Part shown: piece after piece, positions 12,210 to 23,323 of the stretch
Numbering within the stretch: the stretch's first letter is position 1
Layout: every line of letters begins with the position of its first letter
Origin: Nemertoderma westbladi
Taxonomy: Eukaryota; Animalia; Xenacoelomorpha
Assembly: GCA_032718475.1 (NCBI GenBank)
Contig: JAUCBJ010007001.1
Coordinates: 1-50,489 of the forward strand
Direction of reading: 5' to 3'
Length of the DNA stretch: 50,489 nt
Notes under the pieces: model-generated
What the model saw: the letters and a program-made list of their open reading frames with translations, nothing else
Told to the model about the DNA's origin: nothing
Databases searched by the model: none
Program-made: the position numbers and the translations under genes

Positions 12210-13719
12210 AACCAGCTCAGCCACTAGCCCCTGACACTCGCAGTCCCACCTAATCCACCGCGACGCGCCCCCATTTTTTTCCACTTCTGAACAAACCCAT
12301 AATATTACACCTATAATATTTAATGACCGTTTTTCCTGTTCTGACATAGCGGTCTCGTAACTACCGGGTTCTGCTGAGTCCTGTTCCAACCATTGAATGG
12401 TCCGTTCAGTCAGCAGTCGGTCAAGTGCTGCTTGCACTGCGCCATGGTCCTCATCCACATCTTCGTCCGCTGCGGTGGCTAGTGTCAATGTGTCTGGTAG
12501 GCTCGCAAGCCTTCTGGTGTCACTAGTCGGCGTCGAATCGTCTAGTGGCGGTTTGACAACCTTTTGATCTGTCGGTAGGCTCGCAAGCCTTCCAAGATCA
12601 ATGACCGGTGTCGAAGCTTGGTGGGTGTGGTCAATGACCTTCGGATTTTTCGGTAGGCTCTCAAGCCTTCCAAAATCCTCGTTCATCGAGTCATCCACAG
12701 CAACAACCCTTTGGTCTTCAGTAGTCAATACAACCTGGTTTACTGCAAGTAGTTGTAAGTCAGAGGTCCGTGTGGTCGTGTCCAGATCAGCTACGTCAGT
12801 ATCAGTGGCGTCTGCATTAGCGACGCAAGTCTGTCGTAGTGCCGTCTGTACAATTGGACCACAGGAGTGTGAAGGAGAATTATCTATAGTGTTAGTCAAT
12901 AAACTACACGTACTCAAAACGTCGTCCTCCTGGTCACTTAGCTCTAGTGAACGTATTGGTGCTCTAGTATACCAACCTATGGGAGTTCTACATGCGTAGG
13001 GGTTGCCCGCTGTAATAACAGATGGGCGTGTCTCCCATACCTGATGTACGTTAAACTGGTCTGTCCCAATCAACATCGCGATTGAGCGATAATTAACAGG
13101 ACATTCTGGTATTCCAAGGTGTCGGAAATACTTACGATCTTCCGGTGATTGCTCTGGCACAGGGCCGAGCAAGTTACTAAAGTCCTTCGTAGCTGCAAAG
13201 GTCAAATTTCTTACCGGAAGTAATGAGCGCTCCTCCTTGCTGTGTTCCGCTTTGGAAAGAAGAGTGTCTAAGGTTAATTTTACTCTTGTCACAGGGATCG
13301 CAATCTTACCATGCATGCTACTTACAGTATATTGAGCAGTCTTACCTTGACTCATGTCCGTAACCACGTCGGCTACTTGTTCATCGACATAACTATGCGA
13401 TGACGCAGAGTCTAAGATAGCGTATATATACGCTTGCTCCCTCGGGTTCCGGTAATCTTTATAGGAATCACGCTAAACCCTTTCAATTGGTTCTGTGTGA
13501 GGAGTGTTACCGATGGCTGTTCCTCACCTGCATGCACGTAGAAAGTGTCGTCTTCCTCCTCCTCCTCGTCCTCGTCCGATGATCCTGACTGGTTCGTACA
13601 ATCTGCGTAGAACGTACGGATCTCGCGCGGCGCACGCTCCTTGTATAGTGCGTCGCATCTAGCCGCTTTATCTGGATGCTCTCATCGAAAGCGTTTGGTC
13701 GGAGTATGACTAGTTCTGT

Positions 13720-16700
13720 GAAGCAACGCGTCATGGTTACGTCCACACTGAGGACATGTATCGTCGCTCGGGCAATCCTTCCGGATGTATCCTGGCTTCG
13801 TACATCTCCAGCAAGAATCTAAGGATCAAATTTGAAGTCTTCGCTCTTCGATTCCTAACTCCCTAAAAGCGCGACATCCACGAAGTTTATGTCCGCTATA
13901 GTTTCTGCCGTTCTGCTCGCAGTATGAGCATCCCACAAAGTCCGCCGGCAACTGTTGTCGTGGCTGCGTGGTGCCGATAGGCGTCAGAACTTTAGAAGTC
14001 TCAGTAGGGGTGGCATAGGTAATGGCTTTCGCGTTTGTTGGAAATGGTTTTGTCCGAGTCGGCGCAGAAATAGCTATCCCTTCTGCTGCGATATGGTGAT
14101 CGGTGTAATTCGATCGAGTCTCGATAACGGCCTCCCACGAAATCAGTTGGTAGACGTTGGTGAGTTTTAATAGCCCGCCGGCTTCTTCACGCTGGTACTC
14201 GATGCGTCGCCATTCTCGTCGAAGTCGATGATGAAGTCGACCGATTATCCTGATGAGAACCGTCGGTGCGTTAGCGTACTCGAGTTGTCCAATGGACTGT
14301 AAAGTCCCTATAGCGTTCTTGATTTCGTCCGCGAGTCGTAGAAGGTCGATCGATTTCGAAATGCTGTCTCCTCTGCAGAGGTCTTCGATAATGGATTTTG
14401 CCATGGCGACGTTACCTCCGTAAATCGAATACAAACGGTCGTACGCCAACTCAAAGGCATCTGGAACACCAATAAAGGTTTCCGCTAATCGTTTCGGCTC
14501 ACCAGACAGGACTAGGAGCAAGTAATTAAAATTCTCTGTCGAGGTGAAAGAATACTTAGCGATCTGGGACTCTACATAGTCTACCAGTGTACACCAGTGT
14601 TTTGCTTTGCCAGAGAACTTCGGCGGTTGCTGTGCCGGTATCCGTGTCTAGCCGCGAATTTCGCAATCTCGCTAACTAAATCTAACTGTCCGCGTCCCTG
14701 TTCGGTTGCGTCGTCCAGTCGTTCCCTTCCGCACGTTGTTCGTCGGTAAGAATTATTAACGGGATCTTCTTCTCGATGGGTCGGAGTCTGTCAAGTCTCC
14801 TGTTCTCTCCTTGGTGGTCGATGTAGTCTAGGTTGTTCTAACTCCACGCTGGTTTGTGATCAATCCGACGGTTGCGCTTCAAGTCGCTCCTCGAGTTGAG
14901 CTAGTCGGTCTGTCATCTCGGTAAACTGTTTGGCGCTGATCGTTTCCGCTGGTTGCAACGTGGGTTTCCGAAAGGGTGTTTCTCGTGGTGGGTTGTCGAC
15001 GAATTGGTTCATCGATCGTTCCTCTCGTTTGTAATCCGCTGCCGCTGCTGCCGCCCCAGTACGGAATAATTCCCGTTCCATCGACTCCGAGTCACTGGAT
15101 GAATCGCTGTCGTCCGGATAAGGTGGTTGGCGGGTTCGCGTCCGGCGTATTACTCTTGGTCGAGTTCGTTGTGGTCTGGGATCTACGGCTCTCCGTTGTT
15201 CGGTAGGCTCGCAAGCCTTCCACGTAGTCGTAGGTCTCGTTGAACTCGGTTCGATCCTGTGGGTACTACCCACATCCGTCATCCTTCGTTGTTCGGTAGG
15301 CTCGCAAGCCTTCCACGAAGTCGTAGGTCTCGATAAACACTGGGTGAGGGGTCTAGTAAAAACATCGGGGTTAAGTTCTACTGTAGGTTTATAAATGACT
15401 GGGTTCGCGCAGCACGTCACAGGTTTAACTTGTAATTCACAGGTAATTCACAGCACGTCACAGGTTTAACTTTACTCACCTGTTTTACCGTCATAAACGC
15501 AGGTTCGTCTCTCTCTTCTAGTAAACTTAGGTGGACTACTTATCTTACCTGCGAGAATCGGCGATGAAGTCGCTCGTGGCTGCGGAATTGATTCCGACAT
15601 AACAAACCTATTCGCTTTCGTCCTTCTGGGCTCCTCCCGGAGGTGCACCCACGAGGCGGACGAGTTTCCACCACCCCTGGGGCCAGTCCGACTGATGTTA
15701 TTATCAGACCGGGCCGGAGGGTGGCCCGATGCTTCCCGGGTTCTGTTTTCGGTCCCCCGATCACACCGGCACAGCTCGTCGAACGCGTAGCCAGATGGTC
15801 GGCTACTGTCAACTTACTGTGGCCTGACTGTACATTGAGCCAACTCAAAGTATAACAAAGAGTCAACCGGCAGGTGGACCAGTCGATAGCGATGAAGCAC
15901 CAAGGTCACCCCTGGGCCTAACCGACGGTCTTGTCCCAAGCGGGCTTGCGCTACCCAACATTGGAATTTTGACACGTTTTCACCTGCCTCGCCGGCAGTA
16001 TTGAGGGGAAGTAAGTTCCGCAAACAATACTGACTAGCTCGAAAGCTAGGAACAAGTAACCACTTACCAGTCACTGTACACGTGTACTCAACAGATGTTC
16101 ACAAAATCAAGTACACAACGGTAAGCACAAAATCGAACACATACCATGCACACACAGAAGACAAAATCGGGAAAGACAAAATCGGGGTCAAATCAGAGGG
16201 GACAAATTGTATCGACCAACAGGCTAATTTAGAGTACCTTATTTTGCCGTCAGGGCAAAATAACATTGTGTGCACAAAGTATGCTGGGGCGCAGTAGAGA
16301 TATGGTCCTACTAATACCAGCGGTGACTGGACCAACTGGCAAGGGTTCCCATACTCACTCGCAGTGGCCACACATACAATCACGTGTACTCATGTACCCA
16401 CAGCAACAGAAAGCTCAAAGACCCGAACAAATCCCAAAGACCAATCAGCTGAACATGGAGACAATAATATATAGTATCAAAAAAACGGAACAGCTGATGA
16501 CCAAAGGAACCCGTTCAAGCCCCAAGCAAACTGCCACTGATCGCCCACATACAAAACATAGTTCACACCACATGAACCACAAATCACGCCATGCCACCAC
16601 CCCTACTGTGTACAGGACTGGCAGTACGGCAACATGCCGACTAGACGGTACCACGGCACCATGGCAATTCATGGTTCGTTAGACACGAGGGCCTTCAGTC

Positions 16701-17923
16701 ACTCCCTAGCACTATATAAAAGATTTAACGTGCCCCTAGACCCTCATGAGTCCGCCGCCGCCTGTTTCACGCACCCCTATAGAGACCTCACCTCTTTAGG
16801 TACGTGATTTTATTTGCCGTGCCTCCAACTGAGCACGAGCGTCAGATGCCGCTTTCTTCCGCGCTAACTCATCAGATGCTGCCTGTCTTGCTGCTGCCGC
16901 TGCAGCCGCTTCTTGCGCCAAGTCCTCCTCCAGTCTCCGCATTTCCGAGGCTTCGAATTCGGCTTGAGCCTGGAGTTTCGCAACCCTTGCTTCATCCTCT
17001 CTGCGTTGTTTCTCTCCCTCGATGGCGATCTGTGCCATCTGCCATTGCGCTTCTTCCTCGGCAACTTGTTGTCGGCGTGCGACCTCCTGTTGTTGTCGAG
17101 TAATTACAGACGCTGTCCTACTAACGTCGCCAACGTCGCTCCGCACACTATCGAACGATCTATCCATTGGTGGATTTTGGTAGGCTCGCGAGCCTTCCGT
17201 AGATAGAACTTCTGTCGTCCCTCTCTGTACAACTTCCGGTTCTTCGATTGGTACTCCGCATCTACGAAGAAAATTGGTGAGCGTCCCTAACCTCCCGTCC
17301 AGGCAGTATAGTTCTTCCTCCTCTTCGGGTTGTAATAATGCGTCCGAAACCGACTCACCTAGCAGTTGGTCAAACTGCTCCTGTTGAGCCAATCTTATTA
17401 CTGACTTAAACTGGATAAGGCTTTCTCTCGCACTTACCAACTTATCTATTATCTTCACCTGAGTAAAGTTGTCGCCACGCAACTCTGCAAGTTCGTGTAA
17501 ACTTTAAGTTTATCTACGGAAGCATGTACCCTACTTTCTATCCTTACCTTGTATGGTGTAGAACTCGTATCTCGACATTGGGGCGGTTAACTCGCATAAA
17601 ATGCGAAAACCTTCTCCGAGGTTCCGAGTAATCTGGGCCATGTGTCCTCCTATGCTTCTAATGACGTTCTCCTGGCTTCCAGTCGAACTTACCATGTCCG
17701 GTTCCCGCGATCTAGTCTGCGGGACAGTAAGGAAATCTTCGATTCTGCCGTCGCCACGCGTTGCGGCTTCCGGTATTTCCGTTCGGGGTACCGGCGACGC
17801 ACGCGGTGTGACATCGGTAGAATCTCGGGTTCTCCTTCTCAGTTCGTCTACTGTCGATCTGTCCGGGTCGCACGAGTCATAGTCGGTAGGGGGGTATCGA
17901 GTCGAATGTGGTGTATCACTCAT
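13720..17923 (-). pseudogene. gag: BEL/Pao gag, fragmented
   Basis: ATG at 17923; Glu/Ala/Gln-rich coiled coil (16796-17482); DUF1759-like PKFSG...W...LLLVLSGEPKRL...AYDRLYSIYG; knuckles CSYC..H...C, CWRC....DC, CPQCGRNHDALLH. Interrupted at ~15420-16795. Confidence 0.88.
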
Positions 17924-17949
17924 GTCTTATTATATACGTCAAGTACGGG

Positions 17950-18150
17950 TAATAAAATGTCAAAGTATCAGAATGCAGGAATGTCGAAATGTCAAACTTA
18001 CCTTGGTATATATAGCATATATATACCCTAACCGGTACAAATAAATCAACAAAGTCAGAATGTCGAAATGTCAAAATGTCGAAATGTCCAAATGTCAAAC
18101 TTACCTTGATATATATATATATCATATATATACCCTAACCAGTACAAATA
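17950..18150 (-). repeat. Duplicated ~100-bp unit in the element 5' leader, with AAATGTC sub-repeats and AAG|GTAAGT donor-like sites
   Basis: AATGTCAAACTTACCTTG...CATATATATACCCTAACC.GTACAAATAAA occurs twice. Confidence 0.7.
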
Positions 18151-18506
18151 AAACTAACAAAGTATATAATAAAATATGTAATAATCTAGCCTACCGGCTA
18201 AATTTGTACGAATAAGTGAGATAACGGTATACGTTACCAAAATATAGATCAACAAGTACAAATAATAGGCAAAACAGCAACGTCTAACGGGAAAATAAGT
18301 ACCAACAACACTACTAATTAGACAGTGAAACCCACAAATTTTGAGTACTATTGTGCTTTCTAAGTTTGAACGACACGAGTCGTAAAACTTACGCTCCCTT
18401 GATCTTCCAGTCATGCAAATTCCCAAATACAAACCGGACGTGGGTCGTTCCGTTTTTCGGCATCGCGGACGAATTTTGTGTCTCCCAAACTTGCGAAAAG
18501 CGGTCT

Positions 18507-18524
18507 AATCCTCGAAGCGGTCCA
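18507..18524 (-). promoter_or_regulatory. Candidate primer-binding site
   Basis: - strand ...CTCA TTTC TGGACCGCTTCGAGGATT resembles the tRNA-Tyr-type PBS (TGGTCCTTCGAGCCGGAT) common in BEL elements, but imperfectly. Confidence 0.4.
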
Positions 18525-19351
18525 GAAATGAGTCCTTGAGTCCTGAAAAGTCGAAGGTGAGAGTTTTACTTCTACTCTACGAAAAATCTCTCTACTCTCT
18601 ACTCTACGAAGGTACCGATACAACTTGGTCTTTAAACCCTATGTACCTTTTCAAGTACCGAAAGTAACACCGCACACACACACGGCGTAAAACAAATTGC
18701 TACAAACTAACTATTAGCTAGTCAAATATTAAATACGAAACTACTAGCTACCCTAAAAGCCTACTGAAGCAGGGGACGTTCTACAAATTACTAATTTACT
18801 AACCTTAAATTTTAAATATCTCCTACTTTCAATAGTACAGATCTAAACAATACTATACACTAATTTATATAGTATATACCTCACTGTTGTGTCCTCTACG
18901 TTAGGGACTACCCTACAGCCTACAAATCTACTAATACGAAGCTATAGAATATTTCTAACCGTAGAGTCCAGTAGTATACCGCTTACCAGATCCTAGTAAC
19001 GATGTATCTTACTGTAAGACTCTAGTAATGAAATGGGCTCGTACAGTATCTGACAACAAATCCCAGTCCAGGATATCTAAACAAACAGATACAATACACA
19101 AACTACTACTGGCGAGGAGCAGAGACTGGTGTCTATTCTATGTACGTGAGCGGGTCTAATGCCTACGAACTAGACAAAGGGATACCTGTCCTCTAACCGG
19201 TATGGCAGATGTACAGTTACAGTAACAGACCAAACTCACGGGAAAACAATCCCCACGCAGCGAATCCTAACTATCGCTGACAGTCCTAAATACCGTAACT
19301 TGCCGCGGTGTGATTTATATGGTTGTTTATATACGAGCTAGGTGGTTTACG

Positions 19352-20807
19352 GCGCTAGCTACTAAAATAAACTAGTCGCGTTTTGTAGAACTTTATACTT
19401 ACAAATGACGTCAAAGCTCTCTCCTTCCTATCCACAACTCAACTGGGCAACCACGGTGTTAGTAACTACACCCGTGATCGGCACTAATACCAGATTCTGG
19501 TTGTAAGATAAGAAATAGGGGTTAATCGCTACCGTACGTTAGCTGATCTGGTATACAAATTTGATTCTAGAACTTTGTTGCCGCGGTAGTTAGCAGCAAA
19601 TACCTATCAGTACGTGGCAAGGCGCGGTAGGATATTAATAAAACCTCCCTAGGCCAAGCGGTGTGCCGGTAGCAGAAATACTCCTTGCCTGATCAAATAA
19701 CTAACTTCAGGCAGGGGGGGGGGGGGGGGTGGGTGTGTACTAATGTATGTTCTATAAAGCGAACCGGTACCAAACGGTCAGTTTGCGAATTACTAAATTA
19801 TGGAACATATGCTGTCTGTACCTAATATGTACTCGCGTAATGACGGACGACAATAGCTCACTTCTACCTGTGAGGTATACAGGTAAACCCAGGGGTTCGC
19901 AGGACTGACAAAGGGGGTTTCTGCCTAAAATATAATTATTTGATCCTAAATTTTGCGGCGTCCCAGGACGGCGTCACGCTTACCTTGATCTATAGGTCTT
20001 ATGTCGGGCAAGGGCGTCGAACAAAGTCTTACCTTCCTCATAAAGCGGGTGCTGCATGGCAAGTGGAGTGTTTCGTAGGGCGAAGGGGGTGCGTTGTCTA
20101 ATCTAATGTGGGGCTAGCGTGTTGTGGACATCCTTTCCCTGCGTTGCTGACCCTGCGTTGCGATGGTCTAGGCGGCCATCTTCCTGATGCTTTGCTGTCC
20201 CAAAGTTGGACGTTCAGAAAAAGGCATGTTCAGAAGTTTACATTGTATTTTACAGTTTAGCGAAACTTATCAAACAGATTATAACATATTTTCAACAGGA
20301 AACAAGTTAAAAATGACAACTAAAGTATAAGCAAATGATTAGTTTGTGTCTCGAATGACTAGTACAAGAGTGATAATACAAGTGATAACCGAAGGCATAC
20401 CAGCCCTTTATATACTAAATCTGGGACATAGAATCCACGAGAACCTTCTAGATTATTCCATGGCCTCACATTGGAGCAATAAGATGTTCTATGCCCTATG
20501 ATTGGCCCAACTCATCATTCGATCTGTTGTACGCACCTCATTGGCTTACCAATTTGTACCAAATGAAAATAAATTGCCCCAAAATGCAAATTTCCCGACT
20601 GTGATTCGAACTCGTAACCTATCTGTAATGTAACCAACGCCTTAACCATCTGACCACTACGCCACGAGAGTAACTAGGGGTTTTATGTGTACAAATATGA
20701 ATAGGCATATTACATTACTGTAATTTAATCAAAATGCGTCGGATTTTCGAAAGTTTTTACGTTAAAGTTAAACTGCAAATGCTATCTTATAGTGAAATAA
20801 TTCATCA
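19352..20807 (-). repeat. 5' LTR of the BEL/Pao element (shared portion; may extend to 18529)
   Basis: Direct repeat of 4354-5801. Begins TGATGAAT on the - strand. Confidence 0.93.
20594..20663 (-). other. tRNA-derived module within the 5' LTR
   Basis: Same sequence as 5588-5657. Confidence 0.65.
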
Positions 20808-21260
20808 TATTGGTACAATAACCGATGTAATTAGACCTCTCGAGGCAAAAAGCCATGCACATTACAGGAAGTAAATAGCATAGCTAGTAAAACTGAAAGT
20901 TTTTCGGATGCAAATATCACATGTTCTCCAAAAACGTTATCTAATCCGGGTGCTTTATGGGTGAAAAGTAATTTAATTGCCGAAATAATATCGTCAGTAT
21001 GCACAACCATGTCCTTGGAGTACACGATTGTACTAAGTTCATTAGACAGACTGTCCGGTATGGGAGCACCCTTACTGTTGTTAAAAATAGATTTATAATG
21101 ACTACCCCAAAATTCGGCTATATTTTTTGTTCCGCCATCAATATTAGTGGCTAGCGGTGTGTTACACTGCGTGTCATTTTTTAGTTTTTTCCAAAAATTA
21201 TAGCTACTGTCAGATTCAAGCGATTTCGCAAATTTATTGCTTCTAATTGTGTCAGCGGAG
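20808..21260 (-). mobile_element. LINE ORF2 fragment (region upstream of RT) cut by the BEL 5' LTR
   Basis: NFWKKLK...IAEFWGSHYKSIFN...IISAIKLL..KAPGLDNV.GEH...HGFLP...TSVIVPI ends exactly at the LTR edge. Confidence 0.8.
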
Positions 21261-21399
21261 CGAAAATCTAGAGCGGAGCGGAGCGGAGCGAATAATAATA
21301 GAGTATATCACTATCTAACATGAAAGCTCTTGAATTAGACATTCATCGACCGCGTATGGCATTTGGTTCAGAGGTGGGCTGTGTAATACGCAGTGTGTA

Positions 21400-21548
21400 T
21401 GAATGGTTCGGCCGTGAAGGGGTGGTTCGGTGGTGGGTTGGGTAGGAATGGTTCGGTGCGAAGGGGTGGTTCGGTGGTGGGGTGTGTGAATGTTACGGCC
21501 GCGAAGGGGAGATTCGGTGGTGGTTTGGGTGTAGGAATGGTTCGGATG
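21400..21548. repeat. G-rich minisatellite, ~45-bp unit, about 3 copies
   Basis: GAATGGTTCGG..GAAGGGGTGGTTCGGTGGTGG repeated; a (GCGGA)n run lies at ~21272-21290. Confidence 0.75.
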
Positions 21549-21811
21549 AATGTAAACCACCCTCTCCCGCCTCATATGACAATGATACTGATCTTCATAC
21601 AGTCATATCTAAGATAAAATGTGATAATTTATGTAAATAAGAAATTAACATATATCTGAACGAATAACATAACTGACTCACTATCACATACAGTACTTCT
21701 GTCCATCTGACTGTCCTACCGGTACATAATAATATATAAATAAATAATCAAAAATCAGGGGCTAATAAAATGGCAGCTGGCTTTGAAATTAATACGCCAT
21801 ATCTCAAGAAC

Positions 21812-21876
21812 CTGTGGCCTAGTGGTTGTAGTCTCGGCTTCCACCCCGAGGTCCCAGGTTCGAATCCCACACCACG
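21812..21876 (+). mobile_element. tRNA-derived SINE head (Gly-TCC-like)
   Basis: A box TGGCCTAGTGG, B box GGTTCGAATCC (21857-21867), CTCGG/CCGAG stem around CTTCCACC; no paired acceptor stem. Confidence 0.6.
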
Positions 21877-23323
21877 CTTTCGGTAAAATAAACTTATCAT
21901 TCGAGGTTAAGACCCCTAGATCCCTTCCTATATAATAAATGTATAATAATAATATATTAAAATCGAGTTTGGTGTTGTAAGTTTGTTAATTAACTGTATA
22001 CATATTTTACATTTAACCAGATACACTAACTCCTCACATCTACTGTATTCGCGTGTTTATTTGTAATAGTTTTTTGTGCATATATCTCAACTACTGTACT
22101 TTAAGTAACTCCTCACATCTACACTACAGTACTGTATTCGCGCGCTTATATTTGTAATAGTTTTTAGTCATAGATCTCAAAAATGTGCCTCAGCCTGGAT
22201 TTTTTTAGCCTAGCTTGTAGCTCTAGATTTTGTATCTTAGTCTTAGAAACTTGTTACAATATTGTATACTATCGGTACTGTATGTGTGCATGCGTTTATT
22301 GGAGTAATAAGGTAATATGACCTTGCCTGTGACCTATTGTTTAACTATTATATTACAGTAAAAATATAGTTACGTATTTCTTCCGTTAAAAATTAATCGA
22401 TAATACTTACTTAAACTAGGCCATAATTAATGTACAGTAGGTTATTTGTTTTTGTACTGAGCTTATGTACTGCATGCTACATGACTGTACTGTGTTATCT
22501 AGGATTTCTTTGTATTATAATAACTATTGGTTTATGCAGTTTAGCTGAATGCTAGCGGTGGTTGGTGTAATGGGCCCACCCGTCCAACCACCGTCTACAT
22601 TCTACATTGTTTGTAGAAGTGTAGTAAATTGTTATTAAATAAATAAATAAAAAAAATAAAATAAAATAAAAATTAACACACGTCTTCAGTGATATAAATA
22701 TATATTAAAATGTTTACATAATTTACATGTTAAAATAAATACATACGCGGTTAAGTTTAATTGAATAATATACTGTAAAAGATACTAATTTATACGAGGC
22801 TATCGTACAGTACATGCCTGGTTATTTTCGGATGAACTATCGATCAAATGCGAAGTGTGAATAAAATATGAGCAGTGGTAAAAAGAGAGATTTGGCTGAG
22901 ATAAGTTAAATTAAAATAGGTAAGGAAAATAAAGTTAAATATATAATAATGTGATACTTTTCGGAAGAACATTCGATAAAATGCGAAGTGTGACTAAGGC
23001 TAGGTAGCTACAATTAATTAAGTTAAAATAAGTAAAAATAAATAAAAAGATATACGGCAATTCAGGTATGGACGGCTATTAAGGTACTATTAAATAAAAT
23101 GAAATAAAATAAAATTATTTAAAACATGAGCAGACAATCGATAAAATTCATAAAATGAGATAAAGTTGATAGATGACACCAGAATAAATTACTGCAGGTC
23201 TAGCAGCTGTTGATACAAGCCGCAAACAATAATAAAATATATAATATAATATAACACCACCATTGAAGTTACGCTATTGTTATACAAAGCGAATCGAGTT
23301 ACAAAAAGATTTGACGAAAATAG

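Larger units (their letters stand above)
11721..12312 (-). mobile_element. Penelope-like pseudo-LTR / retrozyme-type insertion inside pol
   Basis: 12-bp TSD ATAATATTTAAT (11709-11720, 12313-12324). ~200-bp direct repeats 340 bp apart, ~50-bp inverted terminal copy (12261-12312), two hammerhead motifs. Pol reads through when it is removed (EKRSLNI-MRDTIRQTVNGHYEVG). Confidence 0.88.
7664..13440 (-). pseudogene. pol: BEL/Pao pol (protease-RT-RNase H-integrase), disrupted
   Basis: Protease YAILDSASSHS (~13395-13425); RT YLPHHFV, DIEAMFHQV, FYVDD; RNase H FSDAS, NPADIASRG; integrase H...H...CMIC, TGIDCFG, DQGTNF, GGVWERLIG. Stops/frameshifts near 9780, 9350, 9030, 11660 and an insertion at 11721-12312. 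Confidence 0.95.
4354..20807 (-). mobile_element. BEL/Pao LTR retrotransposon, near full length, inactivated
   Basis: Long direct repeats at both ends. Internal order Gag (DUF1759-like, three Cys/His knuckles) - protease - RT - Pao-type RNase H - integrase. Multiple stops/frameshifts and a nested insertion. Confidence 0.95.

Noticed and set aside
12186-12312. C-terminus of the 393-aa ORF (GVILWVC...DEAC) as real protein
   Set aside because: It is read-through into the hammerhead insertion after the TSD.
6277-17198. Dispersed 20-nt palindromic repeats as a CRISPR array
   Set aside because: Spacing is irregular (78 bp to several kb), copies lie inside retrotransposon ORFs, there are no cas genes and the context is eukaryotic.
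7637-18031. Numerous + strand ORFs opposite gag-pol
   Set aside because: Antisense shadows of GC-richer coding sequence with no recognisable motifs.
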